From a virus (lineage: Duplodnaviria > Caudoviricetes), in IMG/VR virus record IMGVR_UViG_3300044618_001634, positions 299 to 64,298 of that record: a stretch of DNA of 64,000 nt; one strand, 5' to 3'. The notes below the pieces were generated by a model, which had not been told where the DNA came from, made no database searches, and was given only the letters and a program-made list of their open reading frames with translations. A program made the translations under genes and the position numbers. Position 1 is the first letter of the stretch. Every line of letters begins with the position of its first letter. This document shows positions 38,140 to 47,685 of this stretch, in pieces.

Positions 38140-38657
38140 GCCAATTCCTTTATGTTAAAATGTTTAAGAGTAGTTTGTAATAAGTCAATTTGTCTACGGC
38201 AATCCTCTAGAGCATGATGACTGGTAGGAGGTTTTGGTAGTCCTGGCCACAAGCTAAACACAGTACGACTATCACGCACGGCATAGAACTGCCAAGGGAT
38301 CGGTTTGCCATAACTCTTGTATGCATGCTCTAGGATATTCATGTCGTAAGTTGGGCCTTGTGCCCAAATACGTTTACTGTGCCAGATCAACTTGCCCAAC
38401 TCGTCCAGAGCCCGATCCAACGGTATACGACCTTCTTCATTGAACGCTTCATCTCTTGCTGCCGCAGGTTGAGTAGCCCACCAATCAATGGTACCTTGTT
38501 GTATGCTACGATTTTCTTGGCTTTCCAGAGTTACTCTGGCATAGTATTGTTGATCAAAGTTATGAATACCAAATGGATCAAATGCCTGTGCGGCAATGGT
38601 TAATATTGTTGTGTCTGGTCCTGTGCCCAGGCCTTCTAAGTCTATCATGAGATCCAT
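38136..38657 (-). CDS. DEDDh 3'-5' exonuclease (DexA/RNase AS-like)
   Basis: MIDLEGL, TIDWW, WAQGPTYD, RDSRT, HHALEDC. Confidence 0.85.
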   Translation of the reverse strand: MDLMIDLEGLGTGPDTTILTIAAQAFDPFGIHNFDQQYYARVTLESQENRSIQQGTIDWWATQPAAARDEAFNEEGRIPLDRALDELGKLIWHSKRIWAQGPTYDMNILEHAYKSYGKPIPWQFYAVRDSRTVFSLWPGLPKPPTSHHALEDCRRQIDLLQTTLKHFNIKELA

Positions 38658-38663
38658 GCTGTA

Positions 38664-38692
38664 AGTATAACATAGATTACGATAAAAGTCTA
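38664..38692 (-). promoter_or_regulatory. sigma70-like promoter, leaderless spacing
   Basis: TAGACT-N17-TATACT, then 6 nt to the ATG. Confidence 0.6.
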
Positions 38693-38699
38693 GTAGGTT

Positions 38700-39470
38700 T
38701 TAACCAATTACCCAGGTAATAGGTTGGCTACCATCAACATAGTTTTTGAGTTGCTCAATTTGAACATCCATTTGAGCTTGTGCTTCGGCCTTCATTGCGG
38801 AACCGTTAAGGCTACCGCCACCCTGTGGACCAGCAATGGTGGCAAATTTTTCACGTGCTTCGCCAATGATCATTTTGCAATTGGCAACCATATAGTCTTT
38901 GATCCATTGACTGATTTGGTAGTCGCTTAATAGATTAAATTCTGGCTTGAGATTGTATGTCCACAGCAACACATTTTCTCCTGTGCCTTTGGGATCTCTA
39001 ATCAACTGTAATTTTTTAGTCACAGGATTATAGGTATAGTTCATGTAGGCGCCAAACATACGACCGGCTAGTTCTACATACTGCGAGTAAAAGTCGTAAG
39101 TGGCCAGGCCACCAGCCACGTTAAAATTCATCAGGTAAACATTCATGCTTGCCTGACTAAATGGATCAAAGTTGCTGGCAAACGGACCTGTGCTGTCACC
39201 AAATGTTCTACGGAAAATCTGACGCACCTGAATCACTTCCTGCGGCAGGGTATAAATGTTTACATTGTTAACCAATTCCATAAAAGTGTATGATTCTTCA
39301 TAGGCATTTTGTGCCCGCTGGCGATAGGTACCAATGGTTTTTTGATATGCAGCTTCATAATGTTCTGCATCTAGCTCAAGGTCAATGATCTGATTGGCCA
39401 ACTGAAGTTGTACATATTCAATAAGATTTTGTTTGAGCGTTTGTAAAGTGGATTCAACTTGTAATGGCAT
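38700..39470 (-). CDS. gp13 neck protein
   Basis: WIKDY, GEAREKF, GPQGGGSLNG, C-terminal PITWVIG. Confidence 0.85.
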   Translation of the reverse strand: MPLQVESTLQTLKQNLIEYVQLQLANQIIDLELDAEHYEAAYQKTIGTYRQRAQNAYEESYTFMELVNNVNIYTLPQEVIQVRQIFRRTFGDSTGPFASNFDPFSQASMNVYLMNFNVAGGLATYDFYSQYVELAGRMFGAYMNYTYNPVTKKLQLIRDPKGTGENVLLWTYNLKPEFNLLSDYQISQWIKDYMVANCKMIIGEAREKFATIAGPQGGGSLNGSAMKAEAQAQMDVQIEQLKNYVDGSQPITWVIG

Positions 39471-39488
39471 AAGAGTATTTACCGATCT

Positions 39489-40355
39489 TCACTTGCCTTT
39501 GCGTATAGCCCATATTTTTTTATAATTGCTTTGTTCGGGGCAAAATTTACACATTGGTATAGGATTATCAATTTCGTCCATAAACTGGTCTAGACGGATT
39601 GCTAACTCATCACTGCCCAGTGGGCGATAACTGTATAAAAGTTTGCGATCTTCTGCTGTTATTGCCAGCGGATGCTGTTGGTCAAACTCGGGCAACAGAG
39701 TTGACGGCCCACATTTATACATTTTGCCACGTATGAAATGATAGTTTTTCCAATGCACAAATCCACAATTGCTGTGAGCTTTTAACGGATCACTATTGTG
39801 TAGGGTCAACTCGCCTGCGGCATTGCGTTTTATACTGCTTTGATAAAACTCAGTTTGATTCCACACTGCTACCTTAATCCTGTTGGAATCTTCATAGTAC
39901 CAATCGGCATTGTAAATGTTATTTTCTTTGCCGTGCATCTCTTTCACTGGAGCACGTACAAAGTTTTCTATCTGCTCAAATATTTCGCGATTGTCTTCAT
40001 CGTTATGTAAACTAACACCTATCCAAATTCTTCTATTTTTAATTTTTTCGTATAGGTCTTTGACATGGGTTAGCCTTGTGCCGTTGGTTAAAATCTGTAC
40101 TGTTGCAGTAGGCCACAAAGCATTCAAGCCCAGTGCCCAGTCAACTATGGTTGGATTTAGTAACGGTTCACCACCAAGGATAACAATGTGTTCAAAGTCA
40201 ACATACTTTGCCCATTCCGTGTAGTCGTCCTTGTAGTCGTTCCATGCTTGCCATCCTTTGAAGTTATAATCATTAAATCGATTACAGTTTTCACAGGTTA
40301 AGTTGCAAACATTGGTTATGTAAAATTCACCCTTGGATATTACTCGACGAGACAT
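39489..40355 (-). CDS. Radical SAM protein
   Basis: CNLTCENC, LGGEPLL, TNG; C-terminal C...YKC...CKFC. Confidence 0.85.
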   Translation of the reverse strand: MSRRVISKGEFYITNVCNLTCENCNRFNDYNFKGWQAWNDYKDDYTEWAKYVDFEHIVILGGEPLLNPTIVDWALGLNALWPTATVQILTNGTRLTHVKDLYEKIKNRRIWIGVSLHNDEDNREIFEQIENFVRAPVKEMHGKENNIYNADWYYEDSNRIKVAVWNQTEFYQSSIKRNAAGELTLHNSDPLKAHSNCGFVHWKNYHFIRGKMYKCGPSTLLPEFDQQHPLAITAEDRKLLYSYRPLGSDELAIRLDQFMDEIDNPIPMCKFCPEQSNYKKIWAIRKGK

Positions 40356-40367
40356 CCTTTACTTAGT

Positions 40368-41510
40368 TTACCACGCCTTCAGGATGATTAGATTGTCGTT
40401 GCCGCGGCCGTTAAATTTAACTTCGGTAGCTTTGATTGCTTCAAATTCTTTACGAGCCACTGGTTTACTGCCCATTACTAGTTTAATCTGTTCAGCTGGT
40501 TTACGCAGAGTCTTTTGTACCGTTGTTTGAGCATCAAAGCCCACAATAGCACTGCCCTTTACAGTAAAGGTACCAATGTGACTATCTGCTACAACATGAA
40601 TAAGTTTACGTTTGGCTGTATCGTACAGCCAAGCTTCACTGGCATTGACTAGTTTTGTAACTGGCTCTGATTTGAGCTTGAACTCATCAAACTCTTTTAA
40701 GAACTTAAATTTGCGAGTTAATTTTTCTGGACTCACAGCTTTCTTGGCACGTGGTTTGCGTTCTACCTTCTTTAGTTGAACATAACTGTTGCAATCATTG
40801 ATCACTGTTTCGCAAAACTTAACACACTGTTTAAGTTGATTCTTGGAGAGGTGGCTATAACCTTCGACTAGGTCGGCATCGGTACCATCTAGTACTTCGT
40901 TGAATTCTGCGAGGCGAGATTCCCAAACCTTAGACACTGTGCCAACCATGTTGGGACTAATATTCATGCCACGCATCAAGGCAATGGGTTTAAAGTCTGC
41001 TGACATCTTAGCGCCTGCTACAACAAAATCATCAAACATGCCTTCAAGCTCACCGCAACATTCGCTTACTTTTTCACGCAGGTGATCTTGAATGGTAAGT
41101 TTTGCCACAGCAGTATCCGCATCGACTTCAGACTGAGCTCGTTTAATTTCTTGTTTGACTTTGAGCATGGACGAAATTTGATCGTCAATGATGCTTTGCT
41201 CGTGTTCGTTTAAAACTAAACCAAGCAAGGTCATTCGACACACCCAGGCAGGAGTCAATCGAATTTGACTGTCCGGTATTCCACGCATGGTCTTGGCATC
41301 AACTTTACGGCTGTTGTGCTCTAAATAATGGCACAACATTTCTTTGGCGTCTTTTTTACCGTAGTGATAGTTATACCACTGAAAAGCATTTGCCAAGGAT
41401 GATATACGATTTTCCTCGGTGGGCTGGAATTTCCACTCTGGTTCAAACCCCACATACTTGGTTTCAGCACCCTTGGGGTTTAGTCGTTTGATTTCGTTTG
41501 ATTTTGCCAT
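40368..41510 (-). CDS. Conserved hypothetical phage protein
   Basis: 380 aa; C-terminal WLYDT.KRKL, KTLRKP, NGR.N; sigma70-like promoter at 41518-41545. Confidence 0.7.
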   Translation of the reverse strand: MAKSNEIKRLNPKGAETKYVGFEPEWKFQPTEENRISSLANAFQWYNYHYGKKDAKEMLCHYLEHNSRKVDAKTMRGIPDSQIRLTPAWVCRMTLLGLVLNEHEQSIIDDQISSMLKVKQEIKRAQSEVDADTAVAKLTIQDHLREKVSECCGELEGMFDDFVVAGAKMSADFKPIALMRGMNISPNMVGTVSKVWESRLAEFNEVLDGTDADLVEGYSHLSKNQLKQCVKFCETVINDCNSYVQLKKVERKPRAKKAVSPEKLTRKFKFLKEFDEFKLKSEPVTKLVNASEAWLYDTAKRKLIHVVADSHIGTFTVKGSAIVGFDAQTTVQKTLRKPAEQIKLVMGSKPVARKEFEAIKATEVKFNGRGNDNLIILKAW

Positions 41511-41541
41511 AGTCTTTATTGTATATTAAATTTTTGTAAAG

Positions 41542-41793
41542 TCAACCTAGTAAATTAGCAAAGGTAATATGCTGTTCTAAATTAGTCAGCAAATCCTCAA
41601 TTTGTTTAACCAGTTCTCGATATCTAGATGTTTCTTTTTTGTTTCGACGACATTCTACGCTTTCCATGTCAGCAGCTACAAAGACTGTATCAACTGCCTT
41701 GACCATTTTAAGCAGATCCCTGCGAGCCACCTTGTTTTTAACAGCGGCTATTGCTTTTTCTGCTCGATCAAGTCGTTGAAATAATTCGTCCAT
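41542..41793 (-). CDS. Hypothetical helical protein
   Basis: 83 aa with its own promoter. Confidence 0.65.
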   Translation of the reverse strand: MDELFQRLDRAEKAIAAVKNKVARRDLLKMVKAVDTVFVAADMESVECRRNKKETSRYRELVKQIEDLLTNLEQHITFANLLG

Positions 41794-41799
41794 TTTGTA

Positions 41800-41828
41800 A
41801 TTATACTAGCTTTTGATTTCTAGGTCAA
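41800..41828 (-). promoter_or_regulatory. sigma70-like promoter, leaderless spacing
   Basis: TTGACC-N17-TATAAT, then 6 nt to the ATG. Confidence 0.7.
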
Positions 41829-41850
41829 TCTAACCGCTAAATACTAGACT

Positions 41851-43191
41851 ATGCCACGCTTGAGTCTATATCGTCCAAATCGCACCAATGATTATCAATT
41901 CCTTGACCGCACAATACGTGAAATGTACACAGTCGGCGGATTGGATATCTATGTTCACAAATATCTAGGACCCAAAACAGGTGATCCGGGTGACGCCGAC
42001 GCTACTATTCCAGTACGTGAAACACAAAGTCCGCTGTTTATTGAGGACTTGCTGTTATTGGAAAATAGAGATCGTGCCTACGATCCTGACATTTTTATCA
42101 TGCGCGGTGTGTATCGTGTGCAAGACATTGATTTTGATTTGACACAATTTGGTTTGTTTTTAAACAACGATACCTTGTTTATTACATTCCACTACAACGA
42201 CATGATTGACACCTTTGGCCGTAAGCTAATGTCGGGCGATGTAATTGAAGTTCCAAATCTCAAAGATTATAACCCTCTGAATGCTGCTATTCCGTTGCCA
42301 TTACCAAAATATTATGTAATACAAGATGCGGCATTTGCCAGCGAAGGTTTTAGTCAAACTTGGTTGCCACACTTATGGCGAGTCAAGGCCACACCATTGG
42401 TCAATGCACAAGAATATCAAGACATAATGAATCAACCATTTGTTACAAATAACATTTGGGATCCAGGTAATTTTTATCCAAGCGGTGATGTAGTTAATCA
42501 AGGTGATCAATACTATCGTGCCAATGGTAATGTGCCCGCGGGTACTCCTATTGACGCTGTTAACCCCAGCACCGGTCAACCATACTGGACACCGATTGCA
42601 AATCCTAACACGTTGGGTGACAGTGCCAGTACTCGTAACAAAGATCTAGCACTGAATGATGCTATTTTAACTCAAGCCGAAATTGAAGTTCCACTCAGTG
42701 GCTACGATATTACTAAGTTTTATATTTTACCAACATCACCAAACGGTCAGCCGGCAGGATCTGGACTAACTACCGACCAAACTATACCCACAGGTGACGG
42801 TACACAAGGTGGCGATGGTACTAACCCAACTGGGCTTGGATATACCTTGGGTTATCTAAGCAATAGTGTGGATCCAGAAACAGGATATTTAATTCCACCA
42901 AATGGCTTGCCAGTAACGCCGGGTGTGAGTTTTCCTCCAAATGCTGCAACAGGCGATTATGCGTTGCGTTTAGATTATTTCCCAAATAGATTATTTAGAT
43001 ACGACGGACGTAGATGGGTCAAGATCGAAGATGCAGTCAGAACTGGACTTGACTTTGAGGCGGATGCAAAAACACTCCGTGCTGGATTTGTTAACAACAC
43101 CGACACAGTACAAACTACAGATCGTGGTGCTATACCAAGTCGCCAAAGTCTCAGTGAAATCCTTAAGCCTAGAGCCGACAACGGAGGTTAA
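41851..43191 (+). CDS. gp14-like neck/head-closure protein, extended
   Basis: DLLLLENRDR, LTQFGLFL, GDVIEVP; precedes gp15; late box CTAAATA. Confidence 0.7.
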   Translation: MPRLSLYRPNRTNDYQFLDRTIREMYTVGGLDIYVHKYLGPKTGDPGDADATIPVRETQSPLFIEDLLLLENRDRAYDPDIFIMRGVYRVQDIDFDLTQFGLFLNNDTLFITFHYNDMIDTFGRKLMSGDVIEVPNLKDYNPLNAAIPLPLPKYYVIQDAAFASEGFSQTWLPHLWRVKATPLVNAQEYQDIMNQPFVTNNIWDPGNFYPSGDVVNQGDQYYRANGNVPAGTPIDAVNPSTGQPYWTPIANPNTLGDSASTRNKDLALNDAILTQAEIEVPLSGYDITKFYILPTSPNGQPAGSGLTTDQTIPTGDGTQGGDGTNPTGLGYTLGYLSNSVDPETGYLIPPNGLPVTPGVSFPPNAATGDYALRLDYFPNRLFRYDGRRWVKIEDAVRTGLDFEADAKTLRAGFVNNTDTVQTTDRGAIPSRQSLSEILKPRADNGG

Positions 43192-43193
43192 CC

Positions 43194-44594
43194 ATGCCAG
43201 CATTGACACCATTATTTTTCTATGACGAACAAATACGTAGATTTCTTTTACAATTTGCTAGAATTTTTAGCAACTTTCAAGTTGAGTACGGCCGCAATGA
43301 AGAAGGCACTGATCATACTTTAGTTAGAGTTCCTGTGCGGTATGGCGATGCTACCCGGCAAGCTCAAGTTATTCTTCAAGAAAACTCAGCATCAGGCATG
43401 CCTGCTACGCCATTGATGACATTTTATATTACTGGACTTGATTATGATCGTCCTAGAATACAAGAACCATATTTTGTAAGCAAGACTGCTGTGCGTCAAC
43501 GCACTTATGACGAAGCCACAAACAGTTATGAAACAACGCAAGGCAACGCATTTACCATTGAGCGGTTGATGCCTGTGCCATACAAACTAACATTAAAGTT
43601 AGATATCTGGACTAGCAACACCAATCAAAAAATGCAAATTTTAGAACAAATGCTGGTGTTGTTTAATCCATCATTGGAAATACAAAGCACTGACAACTAT
43701 ATTGATTGGACTAGTTTAACTGTGTGTGAATTAGAAAGTGTTCAGTGGAGCTCAAGAACTATTCCGCAAGGAACAGAAAATCCAATTGACATTGCTACAC
43801 TAACATTTAATTTACCAATTTGGATTTCAAGCCCGGCCAAAGTTAAAAAACTTGGTGTGGTTGAAAGAATTATTGCACAAATTTTTGATGCACAAGGTGA
43901 CGCTGCAAATGCTGTCGTTGACAATGACTTGTTGTTAGGAACTCGTCAAGTTATTACACCATACAGTTATCAGGTATTGTTGATTGATAATAAACTTCAA
44001 GCCTTGCGTGAGCCGCAAGTCATAAATGAATCTAACAGCAGTTTGGAGCCGCCTGCCAGTCCGCAAAGCAATGTATTGTGGCATGCAGTTGTAGGAGTAT
44101 ATGGTGTGTTACGTCCAGGTATCAGTTATGTTAGCCTGGAAATGGACGACGGCAACGAAGTTGTTGCATATATTTCTTACGACCCATCAGATGATCGATT
44201 CCTGTTGCTAGATTTTGATTTGGATACTATTCCTCAAAATACCTTAGGTCCAATCAATGCAGTTATTAACCCGTTGGCTAGTGGCCCAGATCATGGGTTG
44301 CCAGTAGCTGCCATTGGGCAAAGATATTTACTAACTGAGGACACCGGCAGTGATAGCGGCTACGCAGAGGCATGGACTGGAATCACCGGCATACCGTTGG
44401 TAGCAAAAACCAATGACATTATTGAATACAATGGTGCACGTTGGCAAGTTGCGTTTGATCATACCAGCAGTCCTAACAATTTCCAATATGTTACAAATTT
44501 AACCACAGAATTACAGTACCAATGGACTGGTGCAGAGTGGGTCAAGAGTTATCAAGGACTATATCCGGGGGGTCGATGGAGAATCACTCTGTAA
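43194..44594 (+). CDS. gp15 tail sheath stabilizer/terminator with a C-terminal extension
   Basis: FFYDEQIRR...FSNF, VPVRYG, PVPY.L...L.I, QILEQ....FNP. Confidence 0.85.
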   Translation: MPALTPLFFYDEQIRRFLLQFARIFSNFQVEYGRNEEGTDHTLVRVPVRYGDATRQAQVILQENSASGMPATPLMTFYITGLDYDRPRIQEPYFVSKTAVRQRTYDEATNSYETTQGNAFTIERLMPVPYKLTLKLDIWTSNTNQKMQILEQMLVLFNPSLEIQSTDNYIDWTSLTVCELESVQWSSRTIPQGTENPIDIATLTFNLPIWISSPAKVKKLGVVERIIAQIFDAQGDAANAVVDNDLLLGTRQVITPYSYQVLLIDNKLQALREPQVINESNSSLEPPASPQSNVLWHAVVGVYGVLRPGISYVSLEMDDGNEVVAYISYDPSDDRFLLLDFDLDTIPQNTLGPINAVINPLASGPDHGLPVAAIGQRYLLTEDTGSDSGYAEAWTGITGIPLVAKTNDIIEYNGARWQVAFDHTSSPNNFQYVTNLTTELQYQWTGAEWVKSYQGLYPGGRWRITL

Positions 44595-45004
44595 ACGCCA
44601 TTGGGGTTTGGTTCTATGCCATGGACACTCAACGGTATCTTTACCTACTGAGAGATGATCCAAAGCACCCAGAGACTTGGGGGTTGCCTGGCGGCAAAAT
44701 TGAACCAGGCGAAACCATGTTACAAGCCATGCAACGCGAGTGCGAAGAAGAATTAGGATTCATGCCTGATTATATCAAACTTGCGCCATTGGAAAAGTTT
44801 ACTAGCCCCGACGGTGTGTTTTCATATCATACATTTTTTTGTAGTGTGGCCTCTGAGTTTCATCCACAGTTAAACGACGAGCATGTTGGATGGGCATGGT
44901 TAAACAGTGGCCGCTGGCCTAAGCCTATGCATCCAGGACTTTGGTCTACTGTTAACTTTGATGCTGTGCGAAATAAAATTCGTAGTATCGAATCTACTCT
45001 GTAA
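44576..45004 (+). CDS. NUDIX hydrolase
   Basis: Nudix box GGKIEPGETMLQAMQRECEEELG; probable ATG at 44576. Confidence 0.9.
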   Translation: MENHSVNAIGVWFYAMDTQRYLYLLRDDPKHPETWGLPGGKIEPGETMLQAMQRECEEELGFMPDYIKLAPLEKFTSPDGVFSYHTFFCSVASEFHPQLNDEHVGWAWLNSGRWPKPMHPGLWSTVNFDAVRNKIRSIESTL

Positions 45005-45590
45005 TTTCCAACACCGTGTCTGTGTTGCTACTAACAACACGATAGCCAATACTGGTAAATTTTGCTTTAACAAGTTTGACAAGATGTGCTGGATTCAATT
45101 CGTTGCTTTCAAATAAAACACGACGTGGCTTTTTGTGTGCAGGTTGCGTAATCAAATATTCATAAAGATGTAACATAATTTCAGCGTCGCTGCCTTCAGT
45201 ATCAATTTTTAAATAATCTACTTCAGACACATCATACTGCTCAAATATTTCGCCAATAGGTATGCAAGGCACATGTTTTTTAACTACAAGATCAGTTACA
45301 CCTAGTTTTCTATGTTGCAGGTGAAAATCACCTACACTGTTGCACCCACGCAACCAGTCTGGTAAATTGTGTTCAGCAATCACTGATTCTGGAACATAAA
45401 ATACCTGTAGCATTTCTTTTTGATTGTTTCGAGACACTGCACAATTTATTTTTTTAACACCGGGACGATCGGGCAAGCAATCCAAGTAATGCTTTATGGC
45501 TTCAATGCTGAGACCTGTTGTGGTGTCTGTGGCTGTTTCAATCAATGTATCAAAATTACTTGTACCTATTTCTATAAAATCATATTTCAT
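44994..45590 (-). CDS. FkbM-like methyltransferase
   Basis: FIEIG, GLSIE, NCAVS, YLKIDTEG.D. Confidence 0.8.
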   Translation of the reverse strand: MKYDFIEIGTSNFDTLIETATDTTTGLSIEAIKHYLDCLPDRPGVKKINCAVSRNNQKEMLQVFYVPESVIAEHNLPDWLRGCNSVGDFHLQHRKLGVTDLVVKKHVPCIPIGEIFEQYDVSEVDYLKIDTEGSDAEIMLHLYEYLITQPAHKKPRRVLFESNELNPAHLVKLVKAKFTSIGYRVVSSNTDTVLEITE

Positions 45591-46459
45591 TGCATTAACC
45601 TTGCCCAGCTATCAATAACTTCACTCCAGTCATATTGACGAGCATGCTGTTGTGTACTTAAACACTTGGCTCGATAAGCATCTGGATTATCTCTATAAAA
45701 TTCTAACAGTGCAGTAGTTTCTTCTACGTATTCGTGTTCGTCAATGGGAACTGTGTGTCCACTGTTGCCACTCTTAGACAACCATAAACCAACTGGTGTA
45801 CTGATCACAAGTTTGCCTGCAGCACTGGCTTCTAGTGCTGGCAATCCAGCACCTTCTTCTGTGCTAGATACTAACAAAGCATCTACTGTTTGATAATACC
45901 CAGCCATGGTCACATAGCTGTTGTGATAACTTTGAGCAAGTTTAAATTCTAAGCCGGCATTCTTGGCCGCTTGTTCTGCTAGCCAATAGCGTTTGATATC
46001 TTTGTGTACGTTGTTGATTGCTCCAGCAAATCCAACTGTAAGTAATTTTTCATTGGGTTTGTTGTAAAATGTGTCGTAGTTGATGGCTACCGGAGTAACT
46101 AATGGTACCCGAGCTATTCCTGCCAGTTTACTTTCGCCCATTAGCCATTCGCTTACTACGCTATATTTGTGTAGACGATTTACTATGTCTGGATCATACT
46201 GTGTTAAATGATTCAAGTCCCACTTGGCATGCACAGTGGCAATGCACTTTTCAGGTGGAACACCGTAGTTTTTAATTAGGAGGTTGACGCCATACGGTGT
46301 ACTATGGAAATAATCAATATTATCAGACAACTCTGCTATTTCTTGTTGTGTGTAACTCTTTTCCCAGTTTAGTACTGTGGCATTGACTCCGCGATCGAAT
46401 AGATACTTGGTTAATTCATAATGTATTGCACCAAACGCCCACTCAGGCTCGGTGTACAT
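45587..46459 (-). CDS. GT-B (GT4-like) glycosyltransferase
   Basis: SSTEEGAGLPALEASAAG (EX7E), VISTPVG, YDW. Confidence 0.8.
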   Translation of the reverse strand: MYTEPEWAFGAIHYELTKYLFDRGVNATVLNWEKSYTQQEIAELSDNIDYFHSTPYGVNLLIKNYGVPPEKCIATVHAKWDLNHLTQYDPDIVNRLHKYSVVSEWLMGESKLAGIARVPLVTPVAINYDTFYNKPNEKLLTVGFAGAINNVHKDIKRYWLAEQAAKNAGLEFKLAQSYHNSYVTMAGYYQTVDALLVSSTEEGAGLPALEASAAGKLVISTPVGLWLSKSGNSGHTVPIDEHEYVEETTALLEFYRDNPDAYRAKCLSTQQHARQYDWSEVIDSWARLMQ

Positions 46460-46461
46460 CG

Positions 46462-47649
46462 CTATTCTTTTTTTTTTAAATTTATAGTTGGTGCTATTGG
46501 TGTTGTAATAGCAGTTGGAGGAATAGATGCCTTGGCTGGAATAGTTCTACGCAACCAATCTAACTGTGTGCGGTCTGGATGTTCTTGATACCAGCCCTTG
46601 CCAGCGTACACATCTAGTACGCCTTGGAAGTATTCTTCGTACATAGGTGCCACACGGGCTAGGCTAAAGTTTTCTGCAAACTGACGACAGTCCTTGGGAT
46701 CTATGTTGCCAATGTTTCTTGCTGCCCACTCAAACTGTTCAAATGTTCGACAACGATAACCAGTTACACCGTGAATGTTGTTTTCTGCAAAGCTACCCCA
46801 GTCTGTGGTAATGGTTGGTGTGCCTGAGAATAGCAATTCAATCTGTACACCACCAAACGGTTCTACATACTGACTGGCTACAAATGCTGCTTTGGCATTG
46901 CTCATCAGTTGCTTGCGTTTTTCAACGTCAGCATATCCAACAAATTCTACATGTGGAGGAAATGTTCTGTTTTCTGGATTTTGTCCAGCAATGACTAACT
47001 TGGCTCCAATTTTTTCTGTTACTTGAATAGCAATGTCAATACCCTTGCCAGAGTACACACGTCCCAGGAACAAGAAATAATCTTGTTTCTGTTCTTTGAA
47101 TTCAAAATCATCAGGATCAAAATAATTAGGTATTACTGCATCGTACCAATCTTGTTTGCAAGTGCCCACTGCCTCAAGACCGCAGTAAGCGTGATAAATT
47201 GCATAACTTTCAAAAATCTTCCAACGTGCCCAATGGCCACCAGCATATCCAATACCGGGCTCAACTGTGATTAAATCTGGGTGTGCGTCGCAAACTGGTC
47301 TTGTGCCTGCTCCCCAAAACGGAAGAATAAAATCATTTTTTTGTTTGCGTTTACCGACTTCTCTGATAGCATTAGTAAAAAATGTTTGGTATGCATGGTC
47401 ATTCATGTCATACTTAAAAAAGTTTTTGCGCCAATCGTAGCCACCATAAGCAATTTCAAAATCTTTGTTGGTTAACACTGTAACATGCTCGGTACAAGGA
47501 AGATCAGAATCTTCGTGACCGTAATGGATAACTTTGTGACCGCGCTCGGTCATCATTTTACCAAATTTAAAAACTTTTTGGGTATATGCACAAGCATTAA
47601 ATTCTTTGCTTGTTACAGTGTGTGGCAGTCCTAGAATATGAAATCGCAT
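46462..47649 (-). CDS. GT4 glycosyltransferase
   Basis: FLGRVYSGKG, EPFGGVQIE (EX7E), HGVTGY; Pro/Thr-rich C-terminal linker ending in an A10 tract. Confidence 0.85.
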   Translation of the reverse strand: MRFHILGLPHTVTSKEFNACAYTQKVFKFGKMMTERGHKVIHYGHEDSDLPCTEHVTVLTNKDFEIAYGGYDWRKNFFKYDMNDHAYQTFFTNAIREVGKRKQKNDFILPFWGAGTRPVCDAHPDLITVEPGIGYAGGHWARWKIFESYAIYHAYCGLEAVGTCKQDWYDAVIPNYFDPDDFEFKEQKQDYFLFLGRVYSGKGIDIAIQVTEKIGAKLVIAGQNPENRTFPPHVEFVGYADVEKRKQLMSNAKAAFVASQYVEPFGGVQIELLFSGTPTITTDWGSFAENNIHGVTGYRCRTFEQFEWAARNIGNIDPKDCRQFAENFSLARVAPMYEEYFQGVLDVYAGKGWYQEHPDRTQLDWLRRTIPAKASIPPTAITTPIAPTINLKKKE

Positions 47650-47685
47650 ACACTTAATTATCTTGCCAACTAAGTTGGCTAAAAA

